Below are positions 60,001 to 64,000 of a stretch of 64,000 bases of DNA, piece after piece. Made by a program: the position numbers and the translations under genes. Every line of letters begins with the position of its first letter. Position 1 is the stretch's first letter. The DNA is taken from the NCBI GenBank assembly GCA_014239955.1, contig JAAZXW010000011.1, forward strand, positions 1 to 64,000. The letters are read 5' to 3'. Origin of the DNA: Methanobacteriota archaeon. GTDB taxonomy: Archaea > Thermoplasmatota > Poseidoniia > Poseidoniales > Thalassarchaeaceae. The notes below the pieces were generated by a model, which made no database searches, was not told the DNA's origin, and saw only the letters and a list, made by a program, of their open reading frames with translations.

Positions 60001-60062
60001 AGATAGAGGAAATGCAGGATATTCCGGAGAGGGGGCCACTTCAAATTGAGATGGACGAGTAG
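51099..60062 (+). CDS. Giant surface protein (2987 aa). Domain order: signal peptide, about 15 thrombospondin type-3 (DxDxDGxxDxxE) calcium-binding repeats, a transglutaminase-like cysteine-protease core, a long array of Ig-like beta domains, a single TM helix, and a cytoplasmic DUF4129-like domain
   Basis: TSP3 repeats such as DSDNDGLPDGWE and DTDGDGIPDLIE; transglutaminase-like core GNCDEFTSIFVTMLRIAGIPARKVTGF...RWAEVHL...GWIPFEA; TM helix TVALGALVVATIAIALGALAF; C-terminus RRGFLRRNFETVREFESAI...LDRIFEEARYSS resembles DUF4129. Confidence 0.6.
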   Translation: MKFVISNYEDSDPMVKKRSATLLTCLLLMSGIASMQITVFEVSATVNDQDADGLPYGIEFLINTQPQDWDSDNDGLPDGWEWQYGLDPLSSSGDNGSTGDPDSDGLTNLNEYLYGIPSGWDEPSTTNILDNGVWWNGTIPVSNWDEESAMQVIQGSGSDGADEDPVGNICTDTFDNDHDGMVDSNDGDFDGDADCSSNDDDGDGIADEDPNGWDTDGDGMPDGWEAANGLDPTSNSNQDGTFGDPDFDGLSNIYEYVNPAWGTRNGSTFPPTQYFRPGPINMTVTESPCNPVLSLGPGGCTIFTSEVDGITQTDPQNNDTDGDGLNDSLEALVLLTDPTSPDTDSDGISDGVEFNGSYGDPAQGSDPRSNNTDGDHLDDGEEDLNGNGVIDTGETDPTRINDEGDFDGDGIQNWEENNSCTLWNVSDSDGGGISDGNEGFPGQTDPCTSIFDLVFTIISWDGDADTLTINSTVGINPDPADWRGDVPMAYFVAPNGTRTPFTYASLEDPSFLKGVDTEPPIGANAILFTNGSWCWNVSANATNDPWCDDDYKDSDGDGLADWEELTATWGFLSDPTLFDTDGDGVNDLSEILNLTDPREPCDNLLDTDDDGLNNYFENTTGCSMIFGIGGFGFGGNFTSDVWFTLWNLADSDNGGVDDGQEYLDGTNPQDNPDDDINPLDTDGDGIPDLIEQELGTDWLDPDSDGGGVPDGEECTEDFWALDCIGSPGDPFDPIDDIQENALMFTATNTSGGMDPTVKHYWRWHTYDFYTGVSWGVNSTLVGNTQVTPEFSTDQGVADQSFWNHSGALSWEIIFEGAGNIGPGQELIQPYNVVNYTTWVDIAAGLNFSNYTRDIIVDSAVVEALYVNAPEVILSAAIRENTTVFANSDYGKDLPQDFTDNSGFVTNLTQDVLDQSGAISAWDKISAIQDFIVNGNDTISFLRNHYGSGRTNGLGVDSDVTHWILNSSREGNCDEFTSIFVTMLRIAGIPARKVTGFSGGSWDGKAFNVYGKDFTRWAEVHLQTNQNQGELDLGWIPFEACPPISEVMVNVESWGPTVVERNTTISDSIWVEGTLEFVDNQTLVENISLFMYLVEPSKSDEVPGSAAIEEHLVANVTTDANGSFNLTGLPSQVIQPGFGSLVILTTEKGYVGTQGISMPWQVNITDNVSISITSPIPIGQPMLGIGVNSSITGQLSWASSPYLDPSIADDLQVVLNYSSSVDGEISIVSGVSGGGYYEFIVPIDETEPLGLMDAALSFQGWHFDDMNNATPPAYHARPGSFPFMFNITLSPNLSVEIESQGANNSILEIGSNIYLNGTVLSRGPSPTPLNGTLILEMRRADISGPFVELSSWYLNNSSWGASPGDFSISWPFSASEVPLPAGPVDVRMQFDSDDLNSNDQEQFVDTFGIRSFVVFDYELIFAIRGREYAVDVFMEDHTGSSFASFEGEYTLLFDGDNVWNQTDPEAGRITPTFTPLFNMDPGDYDWNLSYSGSTWLIPNSTSGLLRVRGMANASVSISDEWSVRGSTNWISGFASDMVLQNQVIGNNSSVVAQLLLPSELPTTPGGFPAAGPIYNIANGWVDEATGAYNLSFEIPQGVPSGVYEIDVTLSFSGNPPAGGGYYNAGDPTTIQIGVQTEFVIETDPTASIITAGEQLLLESVVTDVEDPSEMLSGVALDLYFDWGGPLETILQSGTTNSEGMVSFDPVVPSSAPPGFYDIRVHAPDDLSDSLSTPEAGRWLGNESFVNLTVQVASTVDISSIPTQVTALQFFNLVGTVMDSADINRTVDGPVGINVFFLDEPDELLIDNQTTNMSGGFNLTVPTDTLGNGVLRGDRTVVVSVVSGSTPFYLTGNGDASILVIGVSQFVDSNPFVNTIVDRGQSATMTTRLVEFSNNEEPLSSFEVMVLFHDTWLDPEVTAADGSVAFEFEIPHDHPLGLVNVTFVFNGSEDLHQAVQILNTITVRSSTTMVIDPITANPLPGEFFNVTGSLTSSNGTGLSDASGNSLNPTLTFSIDDETSTFTVSQVSFHSDGTWSAELRLDLSFQRGPHGLEVSFTPQVTYFSSASGFSTFDSRGYSVLAIDNPNDLDPDNRTIRGETFDIDLSLIDNAGGPVSSAIIVVRIDNITVWGGLTDSNGTASASILVRPDRDPGPMVVTATFSGINGTIGLLGDETWTRVVVLAPTDLFLKQASSPSIAGESVTLVGSLLDERNQMLKEDGNFSGGLIHLYIDGIDVGSAYTTFSNGTTGQWSITYLIPADMNFGSHTARVDFLGGFSWVDPMGQGDSLNPEYYLPSSDSMAFNVTQTSQVVISTSPADIDRTGVAIVEGMLTDGVGRAIPNRDLILSVNGNEITGISVDENGSFIGFVPIAPDMPLGPMLVGIEFAGEAFILPSNSSVAFAIYAPVFVAMDQPSPIAVGDSMVISGSAKDNLENGWLGSHTIEAFVDGVLVGITSSQENGNWSIEWTIPESMEVGNHSISAISPAQGFYRQGGTESNFTVSYHTSISLQVEQTYVTRGGHWNFSGRLFESDTGFEQGLEGRAVSVLLDGVPVELISTEEGGIFSYSHRAKYSLSRGVHNLSFQFEGEFLYLPTTFVSSVFVLSDIVVEIQPITNTIVRGDASPSNSIMIQGLVREVGGESAIFDNLSMSLTWGDSNLPLTSGPWDNPSTMNFQIRAKAQEFMHPGENVITIVVGSDQTRFLNGASRNIEILVMIEVDFVYSELDLSNGQRVIRGTVNATARDTGAPLEGLSLTASLANGSVTHFSVSKLTGADGVFEYEFKAMSPLPAFSEQELPPVGWGLLSVMIGSDSEFIAPGSLSLLPSSGVPIAYEKQEGGSFFGSTTVALGALVVATIAIALGALAFNTKRKSTIRELAKVLGQTVEMLASGDEYRRAIFLCYENLCSVLMRRGFLRRNFETVREFESAIREALPISEASLVSLDRIFEEARYSSHVLGDAHRDNAQLALSSVMQEIEEMQDIPERGPLQIEMDE

Positions 60063-60063
60063 G

Positions 60064-60519
60064 TCAATCCAACTTGATGGAGATGACTTCTCCTTCCCAA
60101 ATCGCACCAGAGACAACCCTCTCCTTTGGAAGACGGAATGACCTGAGCATCCCCCCGAAATTCTCGGGTGCTACAATACGGACTATCTGGGAAACGCCAT
60201 CACTCTTCGTGTCGACGGTAAACTCGTCCCTGTTGGTTGCTGGCAATGGGAGTCTGATTTCAGACTCAGACCACTCTCCACCGAACTCTGAGACAAATTC
60301 TCCTAGGGTGGACACAGAGTCTCTGAGGGCCCTAGACTCGATTTCCGAGGCCACTACTCCATGCATCTCCTGAACTTCCGAGAGATGGGGTAGAGAATTC
60401 AGGAACTCTTTGTGCATTGACTCCGCATCCGTATCCAGACCCACCTTCAGGTCGGCTAATCCGCCTGCTCTATCGATGATGGCTTCATCGGATTGGACAT
60501 CGACCCTCGTCCACTCCAT
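60064..60519 (-). CDS. Hsp20/alpha-crystallin-like small heat-shock protein (tentative)
   Basis: C-terminal ...SFRLPKERVVSGAIWEGEVISIKL resembles the sHsp F.LP..V....A...GVL.I..PK ending; weak. Confidence 0.35.
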   Translation of the reverse strand: MEWTRVDVQSDEAIIDRAGGLADLKVGLDTDAESMHKEFLNSLPHLSEVQEMHGVVASEIESRALRDSVSTLGEFVSEFGGEWSESEIRLPLPATNRDEFTVDTKSDGVSQIVRIVAPENFGGMLRSFRLPKERVVSGAIWEGEVISIKLD

Positions 60520-60559
60520 GCAATGCCCAGTTATCCAACTCGCATGAACCCATTGATGT

Positions 60560-62617
60560 TCAAATCTCGAAGAATGCCTTGACCCGCTCTGCAGTTCTAG
60601 TGGGTTTCGATGTCTGCATCGTCTGCATCTCCGGCATGCAGTCGCTGACTCTCCTTTCTAGCAGCCTCTTCTCCAAGAGAATCACAATGGCTCTGTCCTC
60701 TTTCTTCCTTATCGGCCTACCAAGGGCCTGCAATATGCTGTTAACGGCAGGCTGGAGGCTTGCGTACTTCCATGCTCTGCTCCTATCAAATTTCTTCGTA
60801 TAGTATTCCAACAGAGCATCCTGTCTGGCGCTTGGTGGGGGGAGGGGTAGACCTACGCAAACTAGAGCATTCAGGACGTTGTCAGAGTAGTCGACTCCCT
60901 CGGACAGTTTCCCACTAAGAACGCCAAAAAGTGCCGCTCCCCTCATATCTCTCTGTTCATAGAGTCTCGAAATCAAACCTTCAACCCTAGCTTTGCTCAT
61001 TCGTTGTTCTTCCTTGACGATCGTCTTTGGGCACCACCCGCTTTTTTCGAATTCCCCATGAATCCTACCAAGCATCGAATAGCTAGGAGCAAAGACCGCA
61101 ACATTCCCTTTCGTATTATCGATCACTGATTTAATGTGGCCAATTATCGATGAAAAACTACTTTCTCGTTCCGTTAACTTGCTAGTCACGTCGCTCGCAA
61201 TCAGTACTGGCCTGTTTCCAAGAGGGAACCCCGATGAATACTGGTGACATGTAACCCTATCTCCAGGTATGCCAAGAATCTCTGCGTACATTTCTGGAGG
61301 GAATAGAGTTCCCGACATCAGTATCGAGCCCAGGCATTTTTCAAAGATGGGCTCGCCAACAACGCTTGGATCTAGAAGATGACTTGTCACTCGGGGATTT
61401 TCCAGTAATTCATCGAAGACCAATGCCAATGCGGCATTTTTTCGATATCTTATGCATATTTCCAGAATCTCCGCCAGTCTAGTGCATTCGTTCTGTTCTT
61501 CATCGTCAAGATCATCATCTTCTTCGATAACTACCGCCAATAATCTTGAGATCATCATCCTGATTCTGTAAATTATATCCTCTGAATCTTCCTCTAGAAC
61601 GCCTTCAATCGCCTGTGAAATGATGTCCAAGAAATCTTGAGTTGCTACTCTGATGTCATCTCCTTTGGACCTCTGGTTTTCTGATTTCTTTTCTTTAAAC
61701 CATTTCCTCATCCTCGAATCTTCCTTCAATGCCTTGATTTGCTTTTCTAGATTCATAGCGTCCCTAAGCTTATTGGATTCTGGAATATCAAGCTCACGCT
61801 CACGCTTCTCCAAGTTTTCCTTATACTCTTCAACATTCGACAGTGCCCTCTGAAAGACTTGTTCTGTTACCCTCCTCTGCAGTCCATTCCTAATCCGATT
61901 GGGGAGGTTGTGGGCCTCGTCTATTATGATGATTGTATTTTCCAAATCCACTCCCATCACTGGTAGTGAAGCCTCTCTTACCCCTTCCACGAACACGTGA
62001 TTGTAGTCACAGACAATTATGTCCGTGGATTTGGCTGCTTCTCTCGCTGTTGCCCAAGCGCAAACATCTGTCTTCTTGACCCGCTTCAGAATCTGATCAA
62101 CATGTCGCGGATCGGAATGAATGTACTCTTCCAGATCAGATCTTAGAAACCTCCTCTCAGACTCGGTGACCCCTACTTCACAATTGCATTTCCCAGTAGA
62201 CCTGTCCACTACCTTGCACATGCCTTCCCTTCCGATGATGTCGACCACCTTTACTCTGGAGAATCCAGGTGGCAATCTCTTGTTTATCTCTCGAATTGTA
62301 TCAACAACTATTCTGTGTTGAGATTGCCTACCCGTCAGAAACAATATTTTGGGAATTTCAGGATTCGTACTGTACATATTAGCCGCATTGAGTGCAGATG
62401 CTAGAGCCGCCGCCGTCTTTCCAATTCCTGTAGGTGCCGCCGCCAGTAGGAAACCTCCTCCCTTCAATGACTCAATTCCATCCGAGATCATCCTTATTTG
62501 GGACTCCCGAGGGGATTCATGAGCGAAGAATAGACTGCCATTGGCCTCTACTTCGCTCGACATGGAGCCGTACTGGGAAATTGACCGTCCATAAGTTTGC
62601 ATCCCGATTTTCAGCAT
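60560..62617 (-). CDS. XPD/Rad3-family 5'-3' DNA helicase (SF2 with an FeS domain); the true start is possibly Met 62563 (MSSEV...FFAHESPRESQ)
   Basis: AAPTGIGKTAAAL (motif I), DEAHN (motif II), FeS cysteines C-x11-C-x-C...C, and C-terminal SGTL/QALGRPIR helicase motifs. Confidence 0.8.
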   Translation of the reverse strand: MLKIGMQTYGRSISQYGSMSSEVEANGSLFFAHESPRESQIRMISDGIESLKGGGFLLAAAPTGIGKTAAALASALNAANMYSTNPEIPKILFLTGRQSQHRIVVDTIREINKRLPPGFSRVKVVDIIGREGMCKVVDRSTGKCNCEVGVTESERRFLRSDLEEYIHSDPRHVDQILKRVKKTDVCAWATAREAAKSTDIIVCDYNHVFVEGVREASLPVMGVDLENTIIIIDEAHNLPNRIRNGLQRRVTEQVFQRALSNVEEYKENLEKRERELDIPESNKLRDAMNLEKQIKALKEDSRMRKWFKEKKSENQRSKGDDIRVATQDFLDIISQAIEGVLEEDSEDIIYRIRMMISRLLAVVIEEDDDLDDEEQNECTRLAEILEICIRYRKNAALALVFDELLENPRVTSHLLDPSVVGEPIFEKCLGSILMSGTLFPPEMYAEILGIPGDRVTCHQYSSGFPLGNRPVLIASDVTSKLTERESSFSSIIGHIKSVIDNTKGNVAVFAPSYSMLGRIHGEFEKSGWCPKTIVKEEQRMSKARVEGLISRLYEQRDMRGAALFGVLSGKLSEGVDYSDNVLNALVCVGLPLPPPSARQDALLEYYTKKFDRSRAWKYASLQPAVNSILQALGRPIRKKEDRAIVILLEKRLLERRVSDCMPEMQTMQTSKPTRTAERVKAFFEI

Positions 62618-62882
62618 TCCATCTGGGAAGAGTCGGGGTTGCCCCGCACGTGGTGCGGGACGGTGTGTGTTGAGTTCTAACTCTGTTCTGCTTTCCTTGG
62701 GGTTCTAGGGGCGTCTCTTGGTTCGTAACCCACTGCATTGCTCAGTTTCTTCGCCCTGTCCCTGATATTCCTCAGTCCGTTGCCGAATCTCTTGGCGTCG
62801 TTTGATTGGTGGTTGGGAGAGCGGACATGCCGCTCCCCCGTGTTTTTTGTGTGCATCCCAACTTCGCCCATATCTCTCTCAC

Positions 62883-63230
62883 CTAAGCGTTTGAATCTTC
62901 ATCATGCCTGAAGCGCAATTCGTCCATGCGCTTTCTCAAGAGGCCAACAACGGTGGCCCCCTCGATCATCTCCTTGCGGATCATCTCCCTGGCAGATTGC
63001 CTTAGCACCACATCTGCTGGCTCACCAACAATCTTGCAATAGTCTCTCAATCTAACGGTTAGCTCCGGACCTAGGTCCACTTCGACCCTGTCACCCTTGC
63101 CAGAAAGTGGTGTTGAAAGCATTCTCCTCACTGCCTCTCTAATTACATCGGACCTGTTTCTCATTCCATCGAAGCCCACGAGTCTATCCAGTTCTAGGAG
63201 GTAATCCTCTGGTATCCTAAGCGAGACCAT
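62883..63230 (-). CDS. Ribbon-helix-helix (CopG/MetJ-fold) DNA-binding protein with two RHH modules in one chain; start taken at the internal Met (MVSLRIPEDYL)
   Basis: Module 1 is VSLRIPEDYLLELDRLV...RSDVIREAVRRML; module 2 is LTVRLRDYCKIVGEPADVVLRQSAREMIRK. Each follows the beta-strand, helix, helix order. Confidence 0.5.
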   Translation of the reverse strand: MVSLRIPEDYLLELDRLVGFDGMRNRSDVIREAVRRMLSTPLSGKGDRVEVDLGPELTVRLRDYCKIVGEPADVVLRQSAREMIRKEMIEGATVVGLLRKRMDELRFRHDEDSNA

Positions 63231-63291
63231 TGGACTGTTGCCGGGCACCTCCTGTTCCTCCTGAGTCTTCGAGAGACGCGTACAGGATATA

Positions 63292-63326
63292 ATTGTATTG
63301 CAATTGAAATGCAAATGAAATACAAT
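63292..63326. promoter_or_regulatory. Composite palindrome/direct-repeat element in the AT-rich divergent promoter region between the RHH gene and the HD-domain gene; candidate operator
   Basis: ATTGTATT - GCAATTGAAATGCAAATGA - AATACAAT. The outer 8-mers are exact inverted repeats; the interior holds TGCAATTGAAA and TGCAAATGAAA direct repeats and the ATTGCAAT palindrome. Confidence 0.3.
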
Positions 63327-63351
63327 ATTGGGATAATAGGAAACCACTCTT

Positions 63352-64000
63352 GTGGGCTTTATCGAGCGATTCAAGGCAGATGGGCGTCTGGCATACCATG
63401 GTGCCCCTGTGAAAGTCATCAACGATGCAATACACGGCCAATTCAAACTGGAAGGAGTTGCTCAGGATCTACTTTCCACCCCAGAATTGAACAAGTTAAG
63501 TCACATCAAGCAGTTAGGACTGGCTCACTTGGTTTTCCCCGGCGCTCATCATACGAGGTTTGAGCACTCGTTGGGGGCCTCGCACATCGCAGGGAGGATG
63601 GCCGACTCAATTTCACTGGATGACTTGGATAGGGATACCTTGCAAGTAGCTGCGATGCTCCATGATGTTGGGCATGGCCCCTACTCGCACACATTGGAGC
63701 ATATTCTGGCTGATAGGGGTGGAATGGATCACATGGAGGTAACGAAAGGAATCATTCTCGGGGAATACGATGTAATGGTTGAGTCGGAGAGAGGGTCAAT
63801 AGATGACAGAAAATCTATCCCAGTTATCCTGGAAGATTATGGTATTGACCCCAAGCTAGTTTCCTCATTGATCACTGGACCAGATGCTTCGGGTTCCGAG
63901 AGGTCATTGTTGAACTGGACAGAAGGCAAGACAGATTTCTCCAGTGAGGACAAGACACTGGCACAACTCGTCCATGGGCCTGTTGATTGTGATCAACTGG
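63352..64000 (+). CDS. HD-domain metal-dependent phosphohydrolase (dGTPase-like); 3' partial, runs off the window
   Basis: GTG 63352; N-terminus KVINDAIHGQF; H..H and HD motifs (HTRFEHSLGASH, LHDVGHGPYSH). Absent from the ORF track only because no stop falls inside the window. Confidence 0.6.
   Translation, partial: MGFIERFKADGRLAYHGAPVKVINDAIHGQFKLEGVAQDLLSTPELNKLSHIKQLGLAHLVFPGAHHTRFEHSLGASHIAGRMADSISLDDLDRDTLQVAAMLHDVGHGPYSHTLEHILADRGGMDHMEVTKGIILGEYDVMVESERGSIDDRKSIPVILEDYGIDPKLVSSLITGPDASGSERSLLNWTEGKTDFSSEDKTLAQLVHGPVDCDQL

Noticed and set aside
62677-62871. 64-aa minus-strand ORF (MGEVGMHTKNTGERHVRSPNHQ...) between the RHH gene and the helicase
   Set aside because: It is low-complexity and basic with no recognisable ribosomal or other small-protein signature. 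It is also spanned by a plus-strand hairpin + T6 element. It is more likely non-coding; see the finding on the 62564-62882 gap.
62895-62915. AUGAUGA (C-box-like) motif on the minus strand suggesting a C/D box sRNA
   Set aside because: It falls inside the RHH coding sequence and no D/D' boxes or terminal stem were found.
63309-63563. 84-aa plus-strand ORF (MQMKYNIGIIGNHSCG...)
   Set aside because: It overlaps, in a different frame, the far better supported HD-domain gene (63352 onward, with conserved H..H / HD motifs) and starts inside the AT-rich promoter/operator region.

Overview
The window is a 64 kb chromosomal segment from an archaeon. The archaeal assignment rests on aIF-2 beta, aRF1 with NIKS and GGQ motifs, class I lysyl-tRNA synthetase, aTrm56, a NOG1-type GTPase, archaeal-type UMP kinase, a GfcR-like HTH-PRTase regulator and an XPD/Rad3 helicase. 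Its mix of many bacterial-type genes, a flotillin gene and giant adhesin-like genes is most consistent with a Thermoplasmatota / Marine-Group-II-like lineage, but that is an inference.

Gene density is about 90% coding, spread over roughly 60 genes in alternating strand blocks. Housekeeping content includes carAB, argS, lysK, prf1, pyrH, dut, eif2b and aTrm56. A complete 2-oxoacid dehydrogenase operon (E1 alpha, E1 beta, E2, E3) is flanked by lipA and lipB. Pterin/folate-type genes (folP, folB, a PTR1/FolM-like SDR and PCD), a UbiX prenyltransferase, a peroxiredoxin, two ABC systems including an ABC-F, an NfeD-flotillin pair and a single tRNA-Leu(UAA) are also present.

The least ordinary content, in order of interest:
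- Downstream of the tRNA sit a 978-aa membrane-anchored surface protein and a 2987-aa giant protein. The giant protein carries about 15 thrombospondin-type-3 calcium-binding repeats, a transglutaminase-like core, many Ig-like repeats, a single transmembrane helix and a cytoplasmic DUF4129-like tail.
- A membrane-bound molybdopterin oxidoreductase with no Tat signal is partnered with a ferredoxin fused to a truncated NrfD-like anchor. Beside it lies a tandem pair of DUF2061-like small membrane paralogs.
- A single-chain tandem ribbon-helix-helix protein sits next to a composite palindrome/direct-repeat operator and is divergent from an HD-domain hydrolase.
- A roughly 320-nt gene-poor gap carries hairpins and a plus-strand terminator-like element.
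- A perfect 12-bp tandem repeat at the window start encodes an (NGNR)n tail.

No CRISPR array, rRNA or obvious mobile element was seen. All calls rest on motif recognition by eye; no searches were run.
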